Shown here piece by piece: positions 37,863 through 52,131 of a DNA stretch of 64,000 bases. Positions within the stretch are counted from its first letter, which is position 1, and the number at the start of each line of letters is the position of its first letter. Both the position numbers and the translations under genes were made by a program. The notes beneath the pieces were generated by a model. The model was not told the DNA's origin, made no database searches, and was given only the letters and a program-made list of their open reading frames with translations. Origin of the DNA: Azolla caroliniana (lineage: Eukaryota; Plantae; Polypodiophyta). The stretch covers positions 4,092,001-4,156,000 of the forward strand of contig JBHGNT010000005.1 of assembly GCA_043228905.1 (NCBI GenBank), read 5' to 3'.

Positions 37863-40800
37863 ATACCCTCTCAGTCTATATTTTTAAATAATATTGATAT
37901 GATTTGAGATATCAATGGATATAGTGTTTTGCTTCCAAAGAAACAACAATATGATTGTTTCATTTTAGTGGCTAAAGTACTTGACCTTTTCTTACTTTTG
38001 TACAATATTTCATTTCTTTTCTACTTATTTAGTTTTCATATCCAAACAAATTTGAGTGTGATAACTTCAATATTATGCATTTTATTTTTGATAGAGAACA
38101 ATGGGTGCAGTCATTGTCTAACAATTAGAGTCGCGTGTTTGTCGAAAATTTGTTATCATCCTACAAAGTCATCGAAAAAGAAATTCCGTTGCAAAATGCA
38201 AAAAGTGAGTTCTCACATTCATGGGGTCGTCACAATTGCAAGATTGACATGTTTAGGGGCAATGATGATGTATCATTTGGTAACATATTGTCCTATGTGT
38301 ATGCATGCATCTACATGATATTCTTATGGATGACATTGTGTCAGTGTGTATTACACCATTTAGACTCCCACTCGAAGCATTAAGAGGAAAAGGAACACTT
38401 TGTAATTACAATAACATGTGTATGCACATGCGTTTAATCATCTCCTTTTTTCCTTCTTTTTATAATCAAAATAGCCATTCTAAGCTCCCACTTTTTTGTT
38501 CTCTTAAGGAAGTTAATAAACAATATCTCATTGGGAGTTTGCTTCATATGGAAGAGTTCACAAATCTAGACTCGGGGCATATCAATCACATATATGTATG
38601 AGAAGCTTACAATGCTATTTAAGTGAAACAATTCTCATTGACAATTAGAAAAATAGTAAATCATCGGTATTTCTCTATCTATATTTGACATAAAAAAAAT
38701 CATTGGATTTTGAAAAGTATATCCCTTTTTCTTTGTAATATGCTATATTGCACTTATCAATAGCCCAAGAGTTGAGTGTGGGCTTCTTACAATGTGATTT
38801 TATTTAATTATATAACATGCTTCATATTTCATGGTTATGTGGGGTATCAATTCCTTCCTCATATTTAGTTGTTCAAAGTTCAAACAATGGAATGGCTTCT
38901 TTTAGAGCACATGAGTTGTATGAATGATAAACTAAAAACGAGCACTCACTTAGTATTTTATGTTCCTAGTAACTAGCACGATAAAGTGGGATGCTTAAAC
39001 AATGTAAACTTGATGAAAAAGACATCAGCAAAATCAAATAGTATATAGATAGGAACATGGCCTATGTATAAACCTTATTACAAGTTTGTTTAGCCAATCA
39101 AATTGTAGAACGTTTCCCACATTCTTTTGTTTAGACTTGCACAACTTTGTAATTGTTTCTATAAAACAATTGCAGCATGGGGCAACATAACTTTAATTTG
39201 GAAAAAAAACATCTCTATATTATGCATATGGAAACATCAACAACTATTTTATTCTATGAGCTACCTTTGGCCTACATTCATGACCTTAAGATTTATTGCA
39301 TCTACTTTAAATGTAACTATCACTTGCCAGTATCACTTTATCGTATAATACACAAATGTAAGCATTGTCTTTGACCATTCACTTACAAGTGCAAAGTCAC
39401 ATCACACCTAGCGTGGACAACAAAATAATTGTAAGTTGGTAATCACATACTTTTTTCTCATACATGCGTGTGGAATACAAAAATAGAGCTCGTGCCCAAT
39501 AATTAGGCGTCTCCTTTTGCAAGTATAAGAAAAGTAAGTGATGCATTTGCAACTTTTTGCCATCACAATGATATGGAAGAGCGTCAACGTTACGTCTCCA
39601 ATGTCTAGGAATGTTACAATAATGTTAAATGCCACTTGAATGACTTAATGTACCATTGTTGTGATGTGATCAATACATGTATTCTCATTGAGATACTATA
39701 GTTCTCACAAACATACATAGTTTATAATCATAAGATCTCTAACCTATAGTCTATATCTAACCTTGGGTTCATCATATATAAAGACAGAAACCATTGGGCT
39801 CAATTAGAAAAACAAAGGGGAAATGCTTACATTTATAGTAATTTTCAGATGGGAGATGTTTTCTCAACTAAATACACAATGTAGTTGTGTTCTCATAATA
39901 ATAAATCCTTGTGCATGATTGGGAAACATGAACTATGCACAAAGAAATGGGAACTCCCATGTATGGCATAAAATCTAACGAAAGAACAATGACATGTCAC
40001 TTTCCAACTCTCATCCATGTTGTAATTTGTTGCGACATTTGTTTTTGTAGAGACATTATCAAGAACATGATAGAATAACTTCTTGCTATGCAAATTATAA
40101 CATAAGTATCCCAAGCATTGATCTCCAAACAAAAATTGTTTGAAATAGGAAATTAAATTAAGCTTGTAATAATATTTTATTGAATAACTTCAAAACTAAG
40201 TGATCAATAATTTTTCAAATATATAAAGTGACGTATGTTTTATGTACCAAGTCTATAAAAATAGGACAATTTTTTCGTATATGAAGTGCATTGTAAGCGT
40301 TCACATTTGTTTCCAGATGGTGCACCTTCTCTGGATATAATATTGACAATAGATTTGATGGATTCAAAGTTCGTGATGTTCTTTGGATGACACTTCATAT
40401 TCATGGCACCGGCATATAGAGCCCTTGGTTTGGCTTTCCATATGCAAATGAGAGCTCAACTTTGTGACTGATATGGATTTATTTGCATTCAAACACACAT
40501 GCAAGCAATCAAAAAATTCAATATGTTTCTACATGCAAATGAGAGTTCAACTATAATCATGATGTACATGTTTGTGAACAATATGTATTTATTTGCATTC
40601 AAACACACATGTACACAATAAAAAAAACTCAATAGGTTCTTCCATCAGACAAAAAGGTTAGTAGTTGCGAGGATGAAATATAGAGTGTGCACAATTAGAC
40701 AACAATTCCAAGAAGTATGGATTTTGTACAACTATTGTGTGGGATATGATAGAGTGAGAGAAGATGAATATTGAAGTGTGTCAACATCTCTAAAATAGAC

Positions 40801-40874
40801 AACACAACTTGTGAATCAAAACAATGTACATCTTATTGGCTTAGGTATTTGAGGAACAAAAATTAATACATGTT

Positions 40875-41897
40875 TTTTTTTTTTGAGTATAGTACTAAGC
40901 TAGGAAGGCAAATCATTGGCCCCAAATCAGTGGGTGCTGCTCAGACTCGCAATAGTTGGAGGGATAAAGGCATATTCAGATGACTTGTTGAAGTCGTTTT
41001 GGAGGAGACTATAGGTGTTGGATATGCCATAAAAAATAAGGTTTGGTTCTAGCTTCTTAGCCATAAGGCGATACCTGTAGGGGAGTGGATGAGGTGTCGT
41101 GGTGGGGAGGCTAGTTGTAAGTTATGTGGACACTCTTTGGAATCAATACCTCATTGTTTTTGGAATTGTGCATAGGCTATCAACATTTAAGGTAGAAGTC
41201 TCAGGATAGTGGCAACATGCGGTGTGAATGGGAGAGTTGTGTGGGGGGTCCTTACAAGGTTTGAAGCTAACAGGGGAAGGCTTGGCGGAACAATTAAACC
41301 CACATGGTCATGGATTTATAGTGCAGGGTGCCAACGTGTTCCAATGTGTTGGAGTGAAACCTAGCACAAACTCTGGTTGTTTTGAGGAGATATGGATGTT
41401 GGTGGTGTGCTTATCGGTCTAGCACATTTGGACCAGGCGATGTATGTTTGTTTTTCAGTAATGAAAGCTCCCAAGCGGTGAGGTGTTGCTCAACATTTGG
41501 TTCAAGTTGGTATCTTGGTAGCGTGGATGATACGACTCGATTGAAGGGAACTCGGATGAAGCAGAAAGGGCTCGGTCAAAGTTTCTGCTGAAAGGGGTAG
41601 TTCTCCTATGATGGTAAAATCATCGTCAGGGCCTAAATGGAACTACCAAGCACCGAGATGGTTGTTTTCGCCAATGGCTTCCATTAGTGGATAGGAGATG
41701 TAAATATGTATGGTTGTGGTACAAGTAAGTTACCATGTAAAAAGAGTCGTTGTGATACTTTTGTTTTAAATGACGGGGTGGGGGTTATGATTAGTTTTGT
41801 GTGGAGATATGTGAGTTTTGCTGAATATGGTTGAACTTTGATGTACTTCGTTTGCTAACTACATAATATGAAGTAGTGTTTTTTTGGGGGAAAAAAA
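40875..41897 (+). mobile_element. 5'-truncated LINE fragment (zf-RVT region and 3' end) with a 10-bp target-site duplication
   Basis: CKLCGHSLESIPHCFWNC zinc finger, KWNYQAPRWLFSP C-terminus and a short A tail; AATACATGTT flanks it at 40865-40874 and 41896-41905. Confidence 0.8.
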
Positions 41898-42964
41898 TAC
41901 ATGTTAAATTGGATCAAAATCAAGAAATTAAGATTGGGCATCCACATAATATGGAACTATCGCGTCCCTACATGGATTTGTTTATAATACTCTCATCTGT
42001 AAAATTTTATAACTAAAGGAAGGAGTTTTTTTTTGGAAAAATTAAAGAAAAAGAAAGAAAGAAAGATTTACCATATGGATCTATCCCAAAGCCCCATGAG
42101 ACACCTCATTGCTTTTATATGTATGCGCTCAAGGAATGTCAACTAAGCCTCAAATACTTCCGAACAATTCTTATTTTTGTTTGGAGAGGATGTTTGATTA
42201 TTATCCTTGGTGTCATGTACCCCTTAGGCATCTCCTAGTCATGATCTCCTTAGCTTTCTCTGGTCTTATGCATTGCAGGGGTATTTTTTAAAAGGAAGTT
42301 TACTAATTTAGACATTTGAATTTGAACATTAAAAAGACGAGCCTATATTAATAATAAAAATTGATGATGCAAAAATCAATCAAAGGTTACTTTCAATTCA
42401 TGTTTTCCTTTAGACCACAAACAAACAAACAAGGTCACATTAAAAAATATCTAATGAATCAAACCTATTTGTTTATATGAATTGAATCTATTGATTATGC
42501 TAGATACCACGAAATCCTTCCCCCTTTCACAGAAAAAGAAAACCATTTATTACACTACCACCAAGGAAATAAGCACCATGTTTCATTGGATTTGGATGAG
42601 AAAGGAGGATGAAACAAGACCATCGCCCATACTTGGAAATGATTTGAATTCTCAATAGATGGTTTCATACAAATATAATCACCTCCTTCCACCAAATTCA
42701 ATATAAACAAAACAATGTCCTTTGATTCAAACAAGTGCTTTATTTGTTTAGTCGGGACATGCGATGGACAACCTACCATGATGCTAGAATTATTAATTCA
42801 TATGTTAATCTACCAAATATATTCTATTTTCATACATCCTCAAGCCTTTTCCAACATCAAATTTCCAAAATATCTTATTCATAAGAAAACTCGCTTACAA
42901 CAAATGGCAATTCAGTTTTAAAAAGGTATATCAACATAGAATCCTCTAAGAACAAGAGAGCATT

Positions 42965-43649
42965 ATAGCCTCGTGGTTTCAAGGGCGGAATGGAAACAGT
43001 CCTTCTTTAATGGTGAAGCAAGGATCTGTGCAACCAGCAACGCAAGGAGGTTTATTCTTCTTACAGGAACGCTACATGGACATATGGGTATTAGTGGTCG
43101 GCCTTACGGTCTGGCAAGTGTGGGTATCTCGGTGCAAGGAGACCCTCGCAGGTAAACGAACCCCACCGGCTGATAATTTAATGATGATCTGGTTTAATCT
43201 TATTGCTATGTTGCGAGGTGAGTTTGAAAGTCTTCAAGGGCCATCTGATGCAAGTGAAGAAGCTAGAGCTCGATTCCTTCGGAAATGGAGCGGTTCGCCG
43301 ATGCTGCAGATAATGGATGGTAAAGTGAAGTGGAATTATCAACCACCGCGGTGGTTGTTCCCTCCAAGTGTTCCTAACATCTAGATGGGTGCTGCCATGA
43401 GGAGCAAATGGAGGACATCTATGCTGAATTCTGTTTTGTATGAGGCTCACGTGGAGAATATGTGTTCGAGTAATGCTATACACATAGAATGATGTGGTGT
43501 TTTGGAGTTGTTTTTTTATGTTGTTTCATCTACACATTGTTTTCCTTTGACATGCAAGATGTCTTGTAAGATATGAGCTGTAAATGATTCCTTTGTACAT
43601 TCTTAACTAATGGAAGTAGATGTTTTTTGGAAAAAAAAAAAAAAAAAAA
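42965..43649 (+). mobile_element. LINE 3' fragment with poly(A) tail, same family as 40875-41897
   Basis: ORF ends KVKWNYQPPRWLFPPSVPNI; it has a WQVWVSRC motif and an A19 tail at 43631-43649. Confidence 0.75.
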
Positions 43650-45813
43650 CATGCTCAATACAAGTGAACAAGAGGATAAGCTAGAAGAAATTTGTGCTAC
43701 CATAATCTTTGACATTTCCAAATAAAGATAAGATTATATTATAAAGCCTATGTTCACATTGTGCATCATTCATAACAAGTGGAATGGACCATGGCGGTAA
43801 AGCAAAACAAGCAATCACTACCAATCCATTCCTTCTACAATCATAATGCGATAAAGACAAAAGTGGGAAAAGCTAAAATCCAAGCTTGCCCAAGCATATG
43901 TGGAAATACTTGAGGGACGAGGAGGAAAGCATCAAAACAAATCAAACAACAATAGAAATCATTACACTAGAGAGAGAGAGAGAGAGAGAGAGAGAACAAA
44001 CAAAGAAAAGTGCTTAAAATGATTATGCACATCTATATATTTTAAATTGATCAATAATATCATTCTTATTGAAATATAAGATAATCAAAATCCAATGTGA
44101 ATGAATGTGCCCTTCAAACATACACAAGCAAATATGATTTTACCTAATAAAATTGCAATTTGGCATATAATGGTCTTAGGTTCTAGCCCTCTCCTAGAGG
44201 TCGAGGGTCAAGCTCGCACCATTGATGTGTAAATGGTAATTTGGTTAGAAGATTTAAATTTGCATTACTAATTTCATACTCTTTTCCACATCAACAATTT
44301 CCCAGAAAAAGTTATGACCCCTATCCCAAATTTGAGTAGGCCAAATAAGGACCCCCAAAACATTACCATTTTTATGTCATACAATTTCTCATCCAAAAAT
44401 AAATAAAGGAGAAGATAATTTTGAGGAAACAATTATAAGTATTTGGTGGCAAATGAACAAGATATTGTACTAATATACACAAACAATATCTGGTGCCAAC
44501 TATCAAGAACAAATTGTGTAGGAAAAGGCATTCATCCAAATGATCTAATATCTTTCTAAATATTTATATGACATTTGCGTCTAAGCTCTTGTAAGAAACA
44601 AACTAGACATTGTGTGCTACTGTAAATGACATGGTGGGAACATAAAGTGTCATAGTTAGCTCTATAAGTCGAAGGCACCTAACTATAATAACCCAAATGT
44701 GGTATGATGAGATAATCAATCACACTTATATCCTATCATAGGACACTAGAACATCTAAGGCTTGGTATAAGTAGTAAGCAACATGCCTTCATCTACATAA
44801 AGAAAAAAATTGTAGGCAAAAATGCTTCTTCACCCTTCAAGAACACATTACCCTCTCCCCTATTCTAGACTCTCAAATAGAGTTTTTTGCCACATATTCA
44901 TCACTAGTCTGGGTCTCCATGTTGTACAAACTAGTGGTAGGATTTGGGTGTAAGGTGAAGCATGTAGTTAACTTGTAGAGTATAATATGGAACTTCTAAC
45001 ATCCCTCCGTGCCACCACCCCCTATAGAGCCTACAAATAAACGAAGGTCCAACAAACAAAGCCCAATAACACTGGATGTTGTTCCTACTTTGGCTTTGGT
45101 ATCAACACATGGAACCCAACTTCTGATATGATTGTAATACACAGCCTACCTCAACAATGTCAGCTATAACAATAGTTCCTTTAGTTTTAAACATTTACAT
45201 CACGTCATCATAGTCATCATCAAGCATTTATATTGGATCAGGTTGCTACCTCTAGAGTGTAAGAGGTATAATTAAGGACATAAATACTTCCATTCACATA
45301 ATACACAAATAATGAGATCACAATCTTCACGGTGTCAATGAAGGGAAACTAGGTTGTGCAAGATGTATGTGTTTCTAACCATCACTTTAGCATATGATCC
45401 CAATCATGGCAATACCATATCAAACCATGAGTTTTGAGGTTTGCACACAAAATTGCATACAGTGAGATGATGATCAATGTTCTATTAAAAGTGTTTCGAC
45501 CCTGACTAATTGTCAGTTTGAATACCAAAGAGTTGAGATAGGACATATCCTTGTTTCACTCAAGTGTATCAATTACATTACACAAATCGGCATACATAGA
45601 ACATTAAAAACGTGTTGCAACAAGTTACTTATCAGTGAACTGGCATTAAAAGGGAATGCATACAATCAAACTAATGTGAAACCTTATGGCTTTTGACCTT
45701 CTTCTCCATAAATATCATCATGATACAAAGGATCATTTTTTGATACTTCTTACAAATGTGACCCTATCAATATCTCTGTCTGGACCTCAATCTCAATTGG
45801 GAGAGACCAACTT

Positions 45814-48800
45814 TTACACATTACTCTCTTGAGAAATGTCTTGTAGAACATCCCTGAACACTTCAGCCACGGTTGCTGCTTTGTAAGTGAAAAATCCAAC
45901 GAGCATAGGTATCAGCATTAGCTGTGGCAAGTTGTGTTCCGGCACCAGAAGTCTGTATGAAGAAAAGATGAAAAAGTGGTAAATCAAACCCAACATGCCA
46001 ATTTATGCTTTTATATTTCCAATCTCAAATCCTACCAAAATACAGTATATTCAAGAAGGATCACAGGTGAGATTGTCTGGGTCAAACAGACAGACCCCAA
46101 AATGATCATTTTTATGGAAAGAATTGGTTTAGATCATTGACGAGGAGTTCTGGATATTTGGTTCCGACCAAAGTACTATGCCCCTGCAGTATCCGGCTCA
46201 GGAATGCAACCTGTTGGGTGTATGAGTACTTTATAGTCAGATTTGTAGTCAGAGTGGAGCATATCTCAAGTTTGAAGAATTGGTTCCAGAAGTGGGCGAG
46301 GACCAAAATCTCCCAAATCATAGGAAAATGAGAAATTCTGATCTCATGCTGATGCAAGGACAAGAATCCTCTATAAAATGTTCTCCAGGTCCCAAAGGAA
46401 CATGCTCTCCTTAACATATGCGTACTAATGCCAGATTCAAACAGTCAAACAGAACAGTGTACTTCAAAAAGAGTTAAGGAACTGATATTAATGCAATCTG
46501 TTGCCCACTGTTGGCTAATATTTTGCACTTCAAAAGACACAGATTCTCCTTACAAAACTCTTTATGATTGTTAATTAATGAGACCTTTCAGCTTCCAATA
46601 CTTAGTTAACTCAGAGTTGACTGTTCACACCTAGGAAAACGTGCCCAGGTTAGTCAGCTCGTAACACTTGGCACAGCCTAGTGTCTTGAGTCCAAAGGAC
46701 TGATACAGACTCCACAATCCCCAAATCCCAAAACTATCAAATTTCAAAAAAACTCAATGATATATAGTTCATCATTAGGCACACATCTTCATAGAGTCAC
46801 CAAGCATTTGAATATTAACTGTTTTGTAGAAAAATCAGTTTGGTCTCTGGAATCCTTATCAGCCCTCTTAACCATGTAATAAACCTCAATATTTTCGTAA
46901 GTAGAATTAGAAGGTAGTTCAGGTACAGAAGGCACCTTTAACAGACCTTGCTGATCACGACAGCTGAATCCACATTATCCTACTGAATTTTCTGAAAAAC
47001 AAAGGCATCTTCTTACGTATGGGAGACATCCTGAGGTTCAATTGACACACAAGAAGCTTTATTCAAATTTTATCAACATAGACAAGGAGCCTTTGGTTTT
47101 CTGTAGGAGATCAGCTCCCTTTTAATAGACTTCAGATCTTCTTCCAATATGTGATGATTCTTAAATAGTGATGCTTATTCCAAGCGTCAGTCCTTGGAAT
47201 TTATGATAGGTAGTTCCAGGTCGAGTTTGGACAGCTTTTTCTGATTCATCAAACTCATTATACTGCTTACCTTCTAGAATGTTTTGCCAAGCTTCCAATG
47301 GTATGTTTTCGCCAGTTATTATATCAAACTCAGATTGTTCATGGTTGTTTGAAAGAAACATAGAGACGTCGAGATAGTTCATATAATGATGGATCATTCA
47401 CAGAATCATTCCCCGTTTCCTTTATATACACCTGCTGGATATTCGCAAAATCAGAGTTGGTTTCCAACACATCCTTCAGGTGGTGAGCAAATTGTGTCAT
47501 CCTTAAAATGGGTTGAGGGTTGATAATGAGGTGTGGAGTAATTGTTGTAGTTTTCTTCCTTTCAACCATTCTACCAAAATTCCTCTTGGTAGATTACTAG
47601 GTATAGGGATGTCAATTAGATGAGAGAGCTTTCATTTCCATTTCTCAGGTTCTGAAATTGTTGCTGCCTCTCAAGTTCAGTATAATCTGCTTGTTGGAGC
47701 AGCTCTTTGAAAATGTTTCCTTAAGCCTCCAATAAAGTAACCCGCTAGCAAAAAATGCATGTTGACATCATTTCATCTCCTTGCCTAATCTATTTCCTTC
47801 TGTTAATTCGTCATATGGTATCTTCTTAAATCCTTCAAACAGACTACATAGGTCAGTAAAGTTTTCTACATAGTTAATCAATTCAAACCTTTATTCAAAA
47901 TTTTGTCCATTTCTATATTATTAGTTAAATATTGAACAAATCCTCCAGCCCTATGTTTCTCTTCAAAACTTGCTACACAAATGTCCAGATTCCACCTTCT
48001 CCTCTAAGCTGGGGAAAAACTACCCCAAGGTCTGTAATTTGGATGAATGATGTCGGAAATGTTGGGTTCTTGCTTTGAATCCCAAAAAGCTTCACCACTT
48101 TAGGGTTGTAAGAGTATTTTTAGACAGGGGGAAAAAACCTCCCAAAGAGGGAAAAAATGCCCCTGTAGTCCTAAGTGTGTTCACACATTACTGTCCTAAA
48201 TGTGTTCACACACATCACTATCCTAAGTGTGTTCACACACATCACTACCAAAATATGTCAATAGGAAACTGTAACCTTTTATATCTTCTTCAGGAATCGA
48301 TCCTGATATTCTCCCATTGGCTCGTTTTTGCGTCTTCGCACCCAGAATCGCTCGCTTGCTGGGAGGGCGATCACTCGCCCATCCCGGAGATATATCGAAG
48401 GTATCGATTACACGGGGTAGAGCAGCTTGGTAGCTCGCAAGGCTCATAACCTTGATTCCTCTTGCCTGATTATTCTTTTCTATTGGTTATGTGTTTATTT
48501 GGCTGTTTTCTTCAAGTGCTTTGAAGGCAAACTCTTGTTACCTTCATTCCGTTCTTCTGGCTGTCTGATTATCTTCTTTCTATATTCTCAAATTTCTCGA
48601 CTCTTACTATAGCAGCTAAAGCCCTAGCTGTAGTTCAAGCGCATTTTTCCTCCTCTTCATGCATACACAAGGTGTGAATTATCCTTCCTATATCTGCTCT
48701 AAAAATTATCCAAAAACATTTCTCTTTCATAAACCTTGTTTAGTTGAAGTACTATGTTTTTAGCATTTGAGAAACTCTCAGATTTTATTGTAAATTGTAC

Positions 48801-51800
48801 TTCACTCAATTATCACTATGAGTGTCAAATAACCAAGTATGAAGAGGATGGAGTGCTAGTTTTATGGCATAAAAATATTAGAAAACTGAAATTAAGGACT
48901 TCAGCTGTTATGACAAACCAATTGTGCAGAGATAAAACAAAATTGTTCCTAAATCCTTTCAAATAGATGCAAAGAACCCGTAGGGATGCTATTGTTGTTG
49001 GGCAGACTTGACAGCTACTGCACCATAGATCTAAGAGCTACTTAGATACCATGATAAATCTTCCAACACAACAATAATTACAAACAGATAACTGAGCTGA
49101 ACTTTTACAATTTTCAGATAACAGATAACACAAAAAGAGTTCAGGAACTCATATTAATGAAGATATGTTACATATTCTGGCTAATCTTCTGCATTTTAAA
49201 AAGACACACAGGGACTCCTTATACAGCAGTACAAAGCTGTTTATAACCATTCTCTACATAATCTTAGATCTAAAACTAATGAGAATTCTCAGTTTCCTCC
49301 TATAAAGTTATCTTACGAATTGACAGTTCACATCTCAGAAAGAGAATGGTCACCTCCTAACAACTGATTATGATTGCAAGAGAATGGTCTGAGCCAGTGA
49401 ATTGGCTACTTCAGCCGGAGTTGGAGTGTATTCTGAACAGTCAATTGTGAATTGGTGCAGAATGCCGATCTGTGGGGTCAATGATTCAGCAGGTAAAGCA
49501 TTTAATGCTTAAACAGAGTATTGGTGCTGATGTGTGCTTGGCTTGCACGATGACCAAACAGAATCAGGTATCTGTTCTGAATAAGGCTGGATTCAATGCG
49601 TGGACGAATTCTACAAGCATGGTCTCTCTATGGATAGATGAAGTTGGGTGAATCCTCTTGCTTTGCTTCAGGTTAGTCATCATAGATCACAATCAGAGGA
49701 GGGTGAATACTTCATGAAGGAGAGAGATGAGGGTTTGGTAAGGTTCATAAAGTGGCACAAAAGATGGCAGAGAAGGGAGACAGATTGAAAGATGGAAGTA
49801 TGCCGATCAAATCCATGAGCTATAGCACCTCAAGGGGTAGTTGGGATTTATTTATGCATCTAGCCAACGCATCAGACCTCAGCTCAAAACCAAGGAGAAC
49901 CACATGAACATATTCTATGTATTGGAGAAACAGATTCTATTATGGTATCTCCTTATCAATAACAATACAACTAAAAGAACCAGTATATGCTCACTGAGGG
50001 CCTATCCTTAATCCCAATAATAGTCACATCTACATCAGTAAAGTGGAAGGAAAGAACTTCGCTTAAAATTTTGAACTTATGGTCCTATTGAAAAATATTG
50101 TTTAGATGAAGACTGAAAGAGAACTCACTCATTCCATCTATTGAAAAACATGACAAGGATTACAGGTACCAACAAACGTGGTTGTCCAATTGCACCCCTG
50201 TTCCAAATCAACAAGATCAAATTAATATATGTTTATGTTTCTTCAATGAATGAAGAGAATGTAGACATGGCAAAATTAACTTCATTTAGAACAACATCCA
50301 AAGACCAAATAATAATTTCTGCTGACACATTGTCATGTAAGTAAGCACATAATAAAAGCATAAACCTATGCAAAAAACCGAAAAAACTAGAGGCTTGGCT
50401 TAATTGATCAAATTAGAAGCTGAAATTGCTAATTAGCAGGTGGATGTCATAATCATGGGAATTAGAAACTTCATTTTCTAAATTTGCCATAAATTAGAAT
50501 CTTCAATTTGTTAATTAGAGACTTCAATTCGAATTATATTAACTATATTAGGTTAATATAACATTAACTAATTAATTATGATGTTGAGTAAGTGTATGTT
50601 CTAAATACCTATGTTGTGCATTATTTTTCTTATTCATCTGATATTATAGAGGGCCTCAACTTTGACCAAGAACATAAAGTAATTTTGTCAAATAATCAGA
50701 CATACCTTATTATTTTCTTGCATACATGAGCATATTACAGTAATATCCCCTTTTATGTAACAATAGCAGACACTCTACATAACATTTGCAAGTAATGCTT
50801 CCATTTTTGGCCCATGATGACCTACTTTCTCACATGACAATGCTATTGTAAAGCTACTAAATATAACTTTACACTGGATATCGGATTCTCTCAGTATCAA
50901 ATTTTCAAAATGAACATCAAAATTATAATTATTACAAAGAAAATTACCTCAATGCACTTTGAGCACCAGATTGACCAATTGAATCTATGCTGTTCCCCAG
51001 CATCTTTACATACACAAGTGCTCCAAGTAAGCCAATCCCGTAGCTAAACAAGTTCTATCCGATAAATATATAAGCAAAGGTCACTTTCCAGGAGCCCACG
51101 GTAAACATGATATAGAATAGAGGAAACACACCTCAATGCAATCTCTGTGGAGTATGATACATATGCAACTCCACTGCCCAGAGCCCCAAAAAGTAGAGTG
51201 TAAAGTTCTAGGTCACCCTTGATCTGCTCCCACAGTATAAGCTCAGGAATGAAACCTTGATACAACAATGTTATAATATGCAACATAAGAAGAATCTATT
51301 TGTAGCTGTTAACCTGCGAGTAATCTTTCTTGGATACAGCAACTCTTTTTTGAGCAAACTGTTGGGCTTCTTCTCCATCTGAGACCAAAACAGCCTAAAA
51401 AGAACAATTACGTTTCAAACAAGTACCCTTTCTCTGGAGTCATCAAAGCTTCAGTGGCATTCTTTTTCAATGCTCAAATATATATGTGCATGTGAACATA
51501 CAAATGTGTCAGTCGCCGCAAAAGTCAAATACAATGATTAGGGGTAAAATATATATGCATACCATGCCTCCACGCTTACGAGCTTGTGACCATGCCTTTT
51601 GTTCTCTTCGAGTGGGTGCCATCCTCCACCTTGGCTTGTCTTGTTGAATGACCTGATATGAAGCACTTATAATGTCATTGTCCTATCACGCCCTTGACAC
51701 AAACAACTTACAACATTTTTCAATCTCAATGTAATGACTAGCCCAATGTGCCAGCACTGAAGCTTTTCTGCACAAAAACCTCGTTTGTTTGAAGACCCTC

Positions 51801-52044
51801 TCGCAGAGCCTCCACTTGCGAAGCAAGTACAGACTTCTCTGGCTTGACAAGTTCCTTGGATAAATCCACATCAATTCTGAAGAAATGGATGCAAAGTCTC
51901 TAAATAGTTAGCCAGGTATAATTCATAGTGGTAATAAGTGATTGCATAAACAGGTGTGCAAGGTACCTATCCAATGCCATTGATCTGTTGAAGCTCAGAA
52001 AACCAGCTTGAATTGGCTCCTCCTGCAAGTCTAGGCATGATAAG

Positions 52045-52131
<87 letters not shown>

